A stretch of 63,672 bases of DNA, filler included, from Octopus bimaculoides (Eukaryota): the NCBI RefSeq assembly GCF_001194135.2. It is 3 parts of 2 records of this genome, joined end to end, with 100 filler letters (N's around TTAATTAATTAA, not from the genome) between each part and the next. Parts side by side here need not be neighbours in the genome. Positions count along the whole stretch, not along the records: positions 1 to 31,225 come from NC_068993.1; 2 more parts are not named here. One strand, given 5' to 3'. How positions within the stretch are numbered: position 1 is the stretch's first letter; each line of letters opens with the position of its first letter. Positions 11,894-23,769 of this stretch are shown one piece after another. The translations under genes were made by a program, and so were the position numbers. Under the pieces are notes generated by a model. The model was not told where the DNA came from, searched no databases, and saw nothing but the letters and a program-made list of their open reading frames with translations.

Positions 11894-12923
11894 CATCAAG
11901 CCAAGTACCACTTGCAAAACGCCAGTCCAGATCGTCTCATTGAGAACATGAACTATTCTCAGAATGTAACTAATGACAATACAATGATCCCTGGTCATAT
12001 CAGAGTTCACCTATCACGCACTCACTACATCGTGGTTTACTTATCGCACACTCACTACATTGCGGATTTTTCTCTAAATTTATATTGCAGACTCCTCAGT
12101 GTATCTAGGTTTCTGCAGCCAATAGGTATTTATATTTTTTCAGATTTCAATTACTTCTGGGGGAAGTTTTGGGAACGTAACACCTGCAATAGTCGACAGA
12201 TTACTATACTTTAAAATGCAATGGATGCTTGATTTTGAAATTCCTATCTCATGTTTCGTTTGTCACACAGATTTCCTTGAACTCTGGCAATATGTTTCTG
12301 GTATCCTTTCTGGTTTTGTGAAGCTTGTTGATTTCTCTGGTCTTCTAGAATAGTTCCCTGCGGACATTCGAAAGAGTTCAAACTGCTTCAAACTTACTTC
12401 TAATTTGAGTGATGATAAGTCGGGATTTAAAATTTCCAGTAAGACTTTAGATTAAATTTCCTTTGCACAAAGCTTACTCTGTCACCTTTCATTATTTCTA
12501 ATGGGTTAAATCAGAAAAGAAATGAAAATTAAGCGATTTATCAGCTGTTAAAGTGTGTATACATTTTTAGAACATCCTGTCTGTGTGTATGTATGTATGC
12601 ATACATGTATGTATATATATATATATATATCTATACATATATATGTGTGTAATGTGTGTATGTGTGAAAGGAGAGGGTGAGAGAGAGAGGGGGAGAGAGA
12701 GTGAAAGAGAGAGAGAGATTTGTTGTCAGTCTGCTTGATTAGAGTTGATCATACTCAATAGTAACCACAACAGTAAGAACAACATCACAAGTTGTAATGG
12801 CTACCATCAATCACACACCACCACCACCACCACCACCACCACTGTCATTGCTATCATGCACAATGCATATAACAACTTAGGTGGTATTATTCAATCATAG
12901 ATAGATAGATAGTAATAGTAGTA

Positions 12924-12959
<36 letters not shown>

Positions 12960-13049
12960 CTAAGAAGTCCAGTTACCTCTTAACTCGGTTCTTAAATAAT
13001 TAAAATAACTACACAAATTACTTCTACATTTTAGACATTCTTTCTTATA

Positions 13050-13103
13050 GTCTCTCTCTCTCTCTCTCTCTCTACCACTCACACTTTGTCTTATGCATTC
13101 ACA

Positions 13104-13137
<34 letters not shown>

Positions 13138-13288
13138 CTCTCTCTCTCACACACACTCTCTCTCTCACACACACTCTCTCTCTCACACACACTCTCTCTC
13201 TCTCACTCTCTCTTTCTCCTTATTTTATACACATTCTTTCCTCCTTCCTCTTGATCATATATATACTCAAACTTTCTCTTTCTCTCTT

Positions 13289-13329
<41 letters not shown>

Positions 13330-13677
13330 AACACACACGCTCTCTCTCACTTTCCCCCTCTCCTCTTCTCTTCTCTTTCTCACCGATCTTCTCCCCCTCT
13401 CTCCCCTCCCCATATCCCTCTCTTTCTTCCTTTCTCTGTCTTATACACTTTCTCTGTTACACATTTTTTACTGTTTTTTCTTATCCCACTTCCTTCTGTT
13501 CTTTCTTTCTTGTAATTCTCTCTCTCCCCCTCTCCATATCCCTCTCTCTCCCTCTCTCCACCCTCTTGCCATCCATCTATCCATCCCCCCTCTCTCTCTC
13601 ACCTTTCCCCTATGTTCACCCCTAAGAATGCCTGTAGCTATTGTAAGAAATATAGGACATAAGAACGTGTATATAAG

Positions 13678-13709
<32 letters not shown>

Positions 13710-13874
13710 ATGTAAGCATGTGTAAGTATATGTGTGTATGTGTATGTAAGTATGTGTCTGTGTTTACGTGTGACTGGTCAGCAACCTTGAGGTGTTTCTG
13801 TTCTTCTTACATCCAAACTCCCCACCCTCTCTGTTTCTGTCAGTCTGTCTGTCTGTTTGTCTCTCTCTTTGTTC

Positions 13875-13920
<46 letters not shown>
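13050..13920. repeat. CT/CA/TG microsatellite and pyrimidine-rich block
   Basis: Direct inspection; includes an 18-bp higher-order (CA)n(CT)n unit at about 13106-13205. Confidence 0.9.
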
Positions 13921-13923
<3 letters not shown>

Positions 13924-14296
13924 AGTTCTCCAGTCTCAAAGAAGTCACCATTGAACTTACAGCCAACATCAACAACACTCATCTACACTGCAGAACCTCA
14001 TGTTTTGTGTTACAGCATCATGTTTCACTTGGTTTGTTCTCCCACTATCTTCAGGTGATGTATTTCACACACACACACACACATACACACACACACCCAT
14101 AAGCATGCACACACTCATATACAAAGACATATACTCACTAACGTACATCCACCTTTCTACCACCCTATCTATTGACTTACCTGTCTGTCAGTCTGTCTGC
14201 CTGCCTGCCAGCCTGTTTGCCTGCCTGTCTGCCTGCTTATTTCTCTGTTTATTAGTCAATCTATTCATCTATCTATACATGTGTATATATATATAT

Positions 14297-14343
<47 letters not shown>

Positions 14344-14346
<3 letters not shown>

Positions 14347-14652
14347 TCATCATCATCGTCGTCGTTTAACGTCCGTTTTCCATGCTAGCATGGGTTGGAC
14401 GATTTGACTGAGGACTGGTGAAACCAGATGGCTACACCAGGCTCCAATCTGATTTGGCAGAGTTTCTACGGCTGGATGACCTTCCTAACGCCAACCACTC
14501 AGAGAGTGTAGTGGGTGCTTTTACGTGTCACCCGCACAAAGGTCAGTCAGGCAGTACTGGCAATGGCCACGCTCAAGATGGTGTATTTTATGTGCCACCT
14601 GCACAAGAGCCAGTCCAGAAGCACTGGCAACGATCTCGCTTGAAAATCCTAC
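14344..14652 (-). mobile_element. 5'-truncated RTE LINE 3'UTR running into an N gap
   Basis: (CAT)n tail, TTTAACGTCCGTTTTCCATGCTAGCATGGGTTGG and CCTTCCTAACGCCAACCACTC; reverse-complement homolog of 10375-10716. Confidence 0.85.
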
Positions 14653-14854
14653 NNNNNNNNNNNNNNNNNNNNNNNNNNNNNNNNNNNNNNNNNNNNNNNN
14701 NNNCCTGTCTGTCAGTCTGTCTGCCTGCCTGCCAGCCTGTTTGCCTGCCTGTCTGCCTGCTTATTTCTCTGTTTATTAGTCAATCTATTCATCTATCTAT
14801 ACATGTGTATATATATATATACATACATACATAATAATGTTTGGCTATCAAACC

Positions 14855-15152
14855 CTCTTTTATGGGGCTGAAGAGATGATAGTCTGAAGGCACTAAATTA
14901 TTCCAGTGACGAGGAAGTGAAAACTGTAGTGAAGAAGTGGCTCAAAGAATAATCAACAGAATTTTAGAGGGCAGGGATACATGCTCTCATTCAAAGGTGG
15001 AACATTGCTATTGAGAGAAACGGTGACTATGTTGAGAAGTAGAGATGTGATCCACAGAGGACCAGCTTCCTTTTGATGCATGATACATGTTCCTGTGTTG
15101 GTAATTTATACCTGTCCTAAACAAAATGGCATTATTTTTTGACTCATCCTTG
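14855..15152 (+). mobile_element. Mariner 3' end fragment (same family as 215-767)
   Basis: Encodes YSSDEEVKTVVKKWLKE*STEF..HALIQRWNIAIERNGDYVEK*, followed by the same terminal repeat ending GACTCATCCTTG|TA. Confidence 0.85.
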
Positions 15153-15400
15153 TAAAAGATTTACTTAAACACAAACATCTGAGCATTTGTATATGGACTT
15201 CCCTACAGATGGTTTGCCAGAATACTTTATTGACCAGCCTGAGGTCAGATCCCAGTTTAACTCCAAAGGTCCTTGCATGACTTAGCATTGGATGGTTTTA
15301 CTGTGTTCGCTGGAACTCTACTTGTCAAACAGTTACCAGTCAAAAAAAGACAGCATTGGCAACAAGTTTTCAGTCTGATGTAAATGCTAACTCAGGAATA

Positions 15401-15471
<71 letters not shown>

Positions 15472-16400
15472 AACACTTGTATGTATGTGTCTGTCTATAT
15501 ATAACATACATACATACATGCTTGAATGTGTGTGGATGTATTAATAGTTCACAGAATTTTTACCCTGAAGTGTGTATCAAACGCTGTATACTATTTTAAG
15601 AAGCGAAACAAACAAATGAAACCACTCTCTATACATACACACACACACACGCATATATACATATACATACACACATACATACATACATATATACAAACTT
15701 ATATACAAACGCACACCCAAATACACATGTATTCATACATACATAGATATATACATACATACATACAAACTTATATACAAATACACACCCAAATGTATAT
15801 GTATTCATACATACATACACACACACACATACATGAAGTGATAATGTACACACACACAGGAGCACTCTACTCACACCCACACACACATAACACTTATACT
15901 ATTTACTCACATCAAAAAATCTTAACCCCCGCCCCCTCAGGTCACTAGCCCCTATTTGTCTTACACACCCACACCTTTTCCTTCGCCCTTCCTCCCACCC
16001 CCACCCCCACCGTCCGTCCATCCCTTATCTTCTCTACATAGACATATATTAGCATTTCTGCTTCATTGATTCTCAAACCAAATCAATAGTGTAGCCATTG
16101 GTTAATAATTCAATTTCCTTGATTCCTTAGCGAAACATTTGACACACTTTTTGGACAGGAAATTAATAGAAAAGCTTGTGGTGGTGGTGTTGGTGGTGTT
16201 GACGATGCCGGTGGTGCTGGTGGCGCTGGTGGAGTGTTGGAGGCCTCAACCTGTTCTCTTGTTGTTGAGGGGAAGTTGATAGGGTGGAATAAACACCTTC
16301 ATAATATACTCAGATTACACACATACAAATATGCACTCAAATGAAGGTGTATACATATATATGTATATGTGTATATGTATATTTATATATATATGTATAT

Positions 16401-16439
<39 letters not shown>

Positions 16440-16740
16440 NNNNNNNNNNNNNNNNNNNNNNNNNNNNNNNNNNNNNNNNNNNNNNNNNNNNNNNNNNNNN
16501 NNNNNNNNNNNNNNNNNNNNNNNNNNNNNNNNNNNNNNNNNNNNNNNNNNNNNNNNNNNNNNNNNNNNNNNNNNNNNNNNNNNNNNNNNNCAATGTTAAT
16601 TCTCTAAATGAAGTATTAACAGTAACTGCACGATAAAGTGTAGTATATTGCCACTTAAGTGTGGCTGACCCCTAGGGGTGGATGTTACTGTTGCTTTTAG
16701 CCCCAGTATATGTATATATATATATATAATCAAATTTGAT

Positions 16741-17182
16741 GACTGGCACCTGTGCCAGTGGAGCGCTAACACCACCATCCGAGCAGGATCACTGCCAGTG
16801 CAGCGGTCTTGCTCCCATGCCGGTGGCACGTAAAAAGCACCATTTGAGCGTGAACATTTTCAGCTTTGCCTAACTGGCACTTGTGCCGGTGGCATGTGAA
16901 CAAAACATTGGACTGACTCTTGTGCAGGTGGTATGTAAAAAACAACATTTGAGCGTGGCTATTGCCAGTACCGCTGGACTAGCCCTCATGCTAGTGGCAC
17001 GTAAAATACACCCACTACACTCTTGGAGTGGTTGGCGTTAGGAAGGGCATCCAGCTGTAGAAATGCTGTCTCAGATCGGATTGGAGTCTAGTGTAGCCAT
17101 CTGGTTCGCCAGTCCCCAGTCAAATCGTCCAACCCATGCTAGCATGGAAAGCGGACGTTAAATGATGATGACGATGATGATG
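16741..17182 (+). mobile_element. 5'-truncated RTE LINE 3'UTR with about five internal repeat units and a (GAT)n tail
   Basis: Repeated TGCCRGTGG/GGCACGTAAAA units, GGAGTGGTTGGCGTTAGGAAGGGCATCCAGCTGTAGAAA and CCATGCTAGCATGGAAAGCGGACGTTAAATGATGATG. Confidence 0.85.
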
Positions 17183-17867
17183 ATATATATATATATATAT
17201 GCATACATGCTTATATATATANNNNNNNNNNNNNNNNNNNNNNNNNNNNNNNNNNNNNNNNNNNNNNNNNNNNNNNNNNNNNNNNNNNNNNNNNNNNNNN
17301 NNNNNNNNNNNNNNNNNNNNNNNNNNNNNNNNNNNNNNNNNNNNNNNNNNNNNNNNNNNNNNNNNNNNNNNNNNNNNNNNNNNNNNNNNNNNNNNNNNNN
17401 NNNNNNNNNNNNNNNNNNNNNNNNNNNNNNNNNNNNNNNNNNNNNNNNNNNNNNNNNNNNNNNNNNNNNNNNNNNNNNNNNNNNNNNNNNNNNNNNNNNN
17501 NNNNNNNNNNNNNNNNNNNNNNNNNNNNNNNNNNNNNNNNNNNNNNNNNNNNNNNNNNNNNNNNNNNNNNNNNNNNNNNNNNNNNNNNNNNNNNNNNNNN
17601 NNNNNNNNNNNNNNNNNNNNNNNNNNNNNNNNNNNNNNNNNNNNNNNNNNNNNNNNNNNNNNNNNNNNNNNNNNNNNNNNNNNNNNNNNNNNNNNNNNNN
17701 NNNNNNNNNNNNNNNNNNNNNNNNNNNNNNNNNNNNNNNNNNNNNNNNNNNNNNNNNNNNNNNNNNNNNNNNNNNNNNNNNNNNNNNNNNNNNNNNNNNN
17801 NNNNNNNNNNNNNNNNNNNNNNNNNNNNNNNNNNNNNNNNNNNNNNNNNNNNNNNNNNNNNNNNNNN

Positions 17868-17902
<35 letters not shown>

Positions 17903-17948
17903 CAAATATAAATACACACACACACACACACATGCATTTCTCTATCTA

Positions 17949-17980
<32 letters not shown>

Positions 17981-18735
17981 TCTATACACACATGCGCACA
18001 CACTCACAAGCATGCACATGCACACATGTACACACATACATACACACACACACACACAAACGCATACACACATTACACCATCATAATGATGCTCAAACAC
18101 AGTCATACCAACATATTAACACGCAACCACCACGATGTGTACACAATCACACAGCCCCACACACACACGCGCACACACATACAGACATAGACAGTCATAA
18201 ACAGACACAAACCTAGTCATAAACACATGCAAGTACATGCATACACTAATGAAGTGTTTTTGTGTGTATTTTGTGTGTATTTTGTGTGTATTTAGAGACA
18301 AAGCATTGGAGAATGAAAAGACCAGGTGGATTTATGTTAAGATCAATTCAAATTAAAGACATTAAGCCTCTGACCCCTTCCTAATCCCTTTTAGATTAGA
18401 GAAAGCCAACAAGACAAGCTAATAAACAACTATACAAACAAAACAAACTAGTTTAAAGTCATTTGACACAAATCCCTGATTAATCCTACATAATCACTTT
18501 AGTTAATCTCATTTGTTTTTATTCATATTTTCAATTCAACTTTAAACAGTTGCTAATATACCATTTTATTTCAGATTATTGATCACAGCATCTCGTGTGA
18601 GTTGGAAATAAACTCCTTGTAGCTATAGCAACCAAAACTCTTGTAGTTCTCCTGGAGTACTGTGAAAACAGTATCAAGTTTATTGATTCAAGTAAGTTCC
18701 AAACATTTCTTGGTTTTAGATGTTTTATTTTAGAC

Positions 18736-18890
18736 CAATGGGACTCAACCAGGGTTCATATGACCCTTAGGGGTCCACGTAAGATTTTGTTGTTAAAATT
18801 TATCTGCAATAAACTGGTTGTATTTCTACAAAAAACAAAATATGTTAACGATTTTTTAATACAATTTCTAATAATATTTTATTATAAATT
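18736..18890. mobile_element. Possible hAT-type MITE end
   Basis: CAATGGGACTCAACCAGGG..GACCCTTAGGGGTCC resembles hAT termini of the CAGTGGTTCTCAACC type; partner end not found. Confidence 0.35.
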
Positions 18891-18891
18891 A

Positions 18892-19003
18892 AGGCGCAGG
18901 AGTAGCTGTGTGGTAAGTAGCTTGCTTACCAACCACATGGTTCCGAGTTCAATCTCACTGCGTGGCACTTTGGTCAAGTGTCTTCTACTATAGCCTTGGG
19001 CCA
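18892..19003 (+). mobile_element. SINE family A, tRNA-like head only
   Basis: AGGCGCAGGAGTAGCTGTGTGGTAAGTAGCTTGCTTACCAACCACATGGTTCCGAGTTCAATCTCACTG. Confidence 0.85.
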
Positions 19004-19193
19004 TAGTAGAACTCCTTACTTGGCACTCTGCTCTTATATTCGAGTCACTGTTGCTGTTCTATATTCAGAGATTTCAGCCTACGTCCAAAAGTGACCTCCA
19101 CCAAAATGTCATCCAATTGATTGACTCCACTCATCAACACAGATCAACTGCTTCTTCACTCCATCTTTTTTTACACTACTATAGGAATCCTGG

Positions 19194-19521
19194 TGAAGGT
19201 GTGTGGCTAAGTGGTTAAGGCATTCAGCTCATGAATGTTTAGGTTGTGAGTTCAATCCCTAGAGGTGCATTATATCCTTGAGCAAGACATTCTATTTCAA
19301 ATTGCTTCAGTCCACTCAACTAGCAAAAATGAGTTGTACCTGTAATTCAAAGGGTCAGCCTTGTCACATTCTGTCTCACACTGAGTCTCTCTGAGAACTA
19401 CATTAAGAGTACATGTGTCTGTGGAGTGCTCAGCCACATGCACATTAATTTCATGAGCAGGCTGTTCCATTGATTGGATCAATTGGAAACTTCGCTGTCT
19501 TAACTGATGGAGTGCCAGTTA
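19194..19521 (+). mobile_element. tRNA-derived SINE, family F
   Basis: A-box-like TGGCTAAGTGG and B-box-like GAGTTCAATCCC, then CCTTGAGCAAGACA..TTTCA..TTGCT as in families E and G, with a different 3' body. Confidence 0.7.
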
Positions 19522-21947
19522 TTTTAAGCTTGCTTCCTTTAAGCTTGCTGGTCTTGTATCACTTTGGGGTATGAGATGTTCTGGCACAGCTGTTTTGGTG
19601 CCATCCATTTTGTATCATTGATTTGATGCTGACCTATTTAACATTTGACATTTTAATGTTTCTTTCATGCTCTGCTACCCCCTCTCTCCCTATCTCTCCC
19701 ACTCTCTCCCCCCTCCCCCTCTCTCATAATATGGAATGCATAATATATCTACAAGTGAGTCTCTCATCCATTATGTTGCTGAAAAGTCTCCATCTATTGT
19801 TCCTACCTCTTCATTATCCTCTCATCCATCTCTCACCTTTTCTCTGTTATTCACTGTACAATACTGTTTGTGTGACAAAGGACTTTCGTAGGATCTGTTT
19901 GCATTCAATCCTTCCTACTACCACCATCTTTGCCACTCTATCTCTCTCTCTTCCATCATGATGTCTGTGTAATGAGGGACACCTCAATTCTATTCATATA
20001 CTATATTCCCCTCCATAACCCTTTTGTACTGCTGACCATCATTTCCTCTCCTCCATGTTGCCGACTATTGCCCACCATTCTTACCATTACACGTCTCAAT
20101 TACAATCCATCATGTGCTCTATCTTTTACTATCACCCATCTTTACAGTTATCCATCTCTCTCTCACTCTCTCTCTCTTTCTCACACATACATATATGGGA
20201 GTATAGAATACAGTTATCAACATGGAAATCCCAGAATGCTTTCATAAAAACGTTGCGAACGACCCATATAATAAACCTTCAATCACAAACATCACACAGT
20301 TGAAAGTTGTCTCAACCACTTTTACGGATAAATAAGATTTATATCAGCAATATAATTGATTCATCTATAGTTATTGAGGATCGATTCTATAAATGTGTAA
20401 CCTTGCAACAAAGTTTAGATATCAATGTTACCGATTAATTAACGGTAATACTGTCCAGTTTCTCTCTCCCTCAGGTAAAAATCTTGCAGACACAACAAAG
20501 GGACATCATAAGTTGTCTTTGTGGAGTTGCCTCCCTTACATTACAAATGGGGCTCATATTTTTTTTTCCTTTCCGTGAAACCAGAAGCTGACTAGAGAAC
20601 CTGATAAGATACTTTCTGTTGCTTTTTTTTTTTTTGTTAATTTTAAATTTTTGTGAATAACCTTATATGCTACTGCTACTGCTACCGTGGCTATTGTATG
20701 CTTTCGATTGTGGGGACGATATAGACCCTGAGCCGATCACAACTAGCATAAAAACATTAAAATTATATATATATATATATATGTNNNNNNNNNNNNNNNN
20801 NNNNNNNNNNNNNNNNNNNNNNNNNNNNNNNNNNNNNNNNNNNNNNNNNNNNNNNNNNNNNNNNNNNNNNNNNNNNNNNNNNNNNNNNNNNNNNNNNNNN
20901 NNNNNNNNNNNNNNNNNNNNNNNNNNNNNNNNNNNNNNNNNNNNNNNNNNNNNNNNNNNNNNNNNNNNNNNNNNNNNNNNNNNNNNNNNNNNNNNNNNNN
21001 NNNNNNNNNNNNNNNNNNNNNNNNNNNNNNNNNNNNNNNNNNNNNNNNNNNNNNNNNNNNNNNNNNNNNNNNNNNNNNNNNNNNNNNNNNNNNNNNNNNN
21101 NNNNNNNNNNNNNNNNNNNNNNNNNNNNNNNNNNNNNNNNNNNNNNNNNNNNNNNNNNNNNNNNNNNNNNNNNNNNNNNNNNNNNNNNNNNNNNNNNNNN
21201 NNNNNNNNNNNNNNNNNNNNNNNNNNNNNNNNNNNNNNNNNNNNNNNNNNNNNNNNNNNNNNNNNNNNNNNNNNNNNNNNNNNNNNNNNNNNNNNNNNNN
21301 NNNNNNNNNNNNNNNNNNNNNNNNNNNNNNNNNNNNNNNNNNNNNNNNNNNNNNNNNNNNNNNNNNNNNNNNNNNNNNNNNNNNNNNNNNNNNNNNNTAT
21401 ACACACACACACACACACATAAATACATACATATATACATGCATACACACATAGGCATTCATACATACATACATAAGCATTCATACGTACATACATATGC
21501 CTACACACACACACACACATACATATATATACACACACACATATATATACACACACATACATGAGTATATGTATGTATGAATGTACCCAAAGAACTATAG
21601 AACAGAAAGAAACATGAATCATTAAAACAAACCAGATGTTTGGAAGATATTTTATTGAACATTGCTGAAAACATTGCAAATACATAAACTGGAAAATAAT
21701 AATCACGTAAGGAATATCCAAACTTAGGTGTGTAAATATAGATTAATTAAGATAAATAAGCCAATAGACGTTGCTACCTAACGACTTATATTAAACAAAA
21801 AGGAAGAGAAATAACACAGAGTAACCAGAGGTATCTATTTGAATAGCAGAGACAAATACAGGTATATCAAATACCAGACAACATGGATTCTTGATTTGTT
21901 AAGCTTATCTCTGCTACTAGAGGATGTGTCATTTATCAATGGTCAGT

Positions 21948-22153
21948 TTAACTCTTTGTCATTTAGATTATTCTGTCAAATTTTTTGAATTAATCATGCA
22001 TTATCTCATAGCAATGAGATTTCAGTGATGTGATTGTATAATTTTAGAATGACATTGTAGGGTTGGTGTGAGAAGTCAGATCTGGCCAGTTTGAATATAA
22101 AGCAGATTGAATATCTGGGCTGGATATGGCCGGTTTAAATGCTAAAGGGTTAA
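21948..22153. mobile_element. piggyBac-like MITE
   Basis: TTAA at 21948-21951 and 22150-22153. Left end TTAACTCTTTGTCATTT versus reverse complement of right end TTAACCCTTTAGCATTT; TTAA|CCCT termini are typical of piggyBac. Confidence 0.65.
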
Positions 22154-22299
22154 AAGCAGCTCTTTATGAGGAAGAGAGATAATATCAAGAATTAAAGATT
22201 GATATGCCATTAAAGAAAAGGTACAGGTTTATAGTCTGGAGATATGAGGACAATTGGGGACATGTTTCTGCCTCAGTAGGCTTCAATAGGCATCATCAG

Positions 22300-22612
22300 C
22301 TGCTGCTGATGATGATGGCAGTGGTGGTGATGATGATGGCAGTGGTGGTGATGATGATGGTGATGATGAGGACAATGAAAGTGACGATAACGACAATGAT
22401 GATGACAATGAAGATGATGACGATGACGAAGATGATGATAATGATGACGACGACGATGACGATGTTGACGACGATGATGATGATGATGATCGTGATCATG
22501 ATGACGATGATGATGAGGATGATGATGATCATGACAATGATGACGATGACGGTAGTGATGGTGGTGGTGGTGGTGACGATGACAGTGGTGGCGATGATAG
22601 GGACAACGACGC
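22300..22612. repeat. (GAT/GAC/GGT)n compound trinucleotide microsatellite
   Basis: Direct inspection; source of poly-M, poly-H and poly-I ORFs. Confidence 0.95.
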
Positions 22613-23117
22613 TTTGGTTCATGGACGCCTGCCTCGTATTCTTTCCCTGTAACTATTTCAGTAACATTGTTGCAATTGAAATATATGTTCTTATGGTTTA
22701 TCAATATTCATTGGAACCACAAACACTAATGGAAATTTACTGCACGGCCTATTCAATGGTATTCTTCTGTGTCTGATCTCTCTCTCTTTCTCTGTACAAA
22801 TAAAAACATGCTTACCGTTTATTGCTTCCTGTAATAAATTCTGCCCAAAGCAAAACTTCTCAAAATCCTTTTATAGTCTCGTTCCAATCACTGAATCTAT
22901 TTTCAATCTGAAATTCAGGACATATGCACCAGTTTTTAGATTTAGTATTTTATTTAGTGAAGGGTGGTAGTATTGGTGGCTTTGGGCTCCTCTTAAACGA
23001 ATGAACGTTACTTGTTCAGAAATTCCACTGGAAAATCAATTTTCTTTATTCTTTGCGGTTTAACTAAAATTATAGATCAATAATATATTCCTTCTTTTCT
23101 TTATTGATAACTTCCAA

Positions 23118-23202
<85 letters not shown>

Positions 23203-23221
23203 TCATCACCATCACCATCAC

Positions 23222-23253
<32 letters not shown>

Positions 23254-23320
23254 CCATCACCATCAGCGTCATCGTCGTTGTCGTTGCTGTCGTCGCCGTC
23301 ATCGCCATCATTACCATCAT
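23118..23320. repeat. (CAT/CAC)n microsatellite
   Basis: Direct inspection. Confidence 0.95.
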
Positions 23321-23327
23321 CAACTTA

Positions 23328-23552
23328 GGAGGTGAACTAGCAGAATTGTTAGCATGATGGGTGAAATGCTTAGCAGCATTTTGTCTGTCTTTATGTTCTG
23401 AGTTCAAATCCTGTCAAGGTCAAATTTGCCTTTTATCCTTTCGGGGTCAATGTACTGGGGTGTAGGTGGGGGGTCGATGTAATTGATTAACTCCTTCCCT
23501 AAAATGTCAGGCCTTGTGCCTATAATAGAAAGCATTATTATTAATATTATTA
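23328..23552 (+). mobile_element. tRNA-derived SINE, family C, with ATT-repeat tail (copy 1 of a tandem pair)
   Basis: GGTGAACTAGCAGAATTGTTAG..GAGTTCAAATCC..TTTGCCTTTTATCCTTTCGGGGTCAAT..GGCCTTGTGCC..(ATT)n. Confidence 0.85.
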
Positions 23553-23558
23553 CTATTT

Positions 23559-23769
23559 GAGGCAGTGAGCTAGCAGAATCATTAGCATGATGGGCGAAAT
23601 GCATAACAGCATTTATGAGTTCAAATTCCACCAAGGTCGACTTTTCCTTTCATCCTTTTGGGGTCAATAAAATAAGTACCAGTGAAACACTGGGGTCGAT
23701 GTAATTGACTAGTCCCCCTCCTACAAAATTTCAGGCCTTGTGCTTGTAGTAGAAAAAATTATTATTATT
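23559..23769 (+). mobile_element. SINE family C (copy 2 of the tandem pair)
   Basis: GTGAGCTAGCAGAATCATTAG..GAGTTCAAATTCC..TTTCATCCTTTTGGGGTCAATAAAATAAGTACCAG..CTGGGGTCGAT..(ATT)n. Confidence 0.85.

Noticed and set aside
12100-12480. Coding-like minus-strand stretches (LLEILNPDLSSLKLEV.., LKYSNLSTIAG..)
   Set aside because: Frames are short and interrupted and I could not assign a family; possibly an old DNA transposon.
18892-18965. tRNA-like sequences at SINE heads (also 4030-4102, 25312-25385, 40210-40283, 41345-41416)
   Set aside because: A and B boxes are present but there is no complete cloverleaf or acceptor stem, and each continues into a SINE body.
16315-21721. Long ORFs of 230-350 aa around 17.1-18.1 kb and 20.7-21.7 kb (also 41.4-42.1 and 48.5-49.3 kb)
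   Set aside because: They are open only because they cross N gaps.
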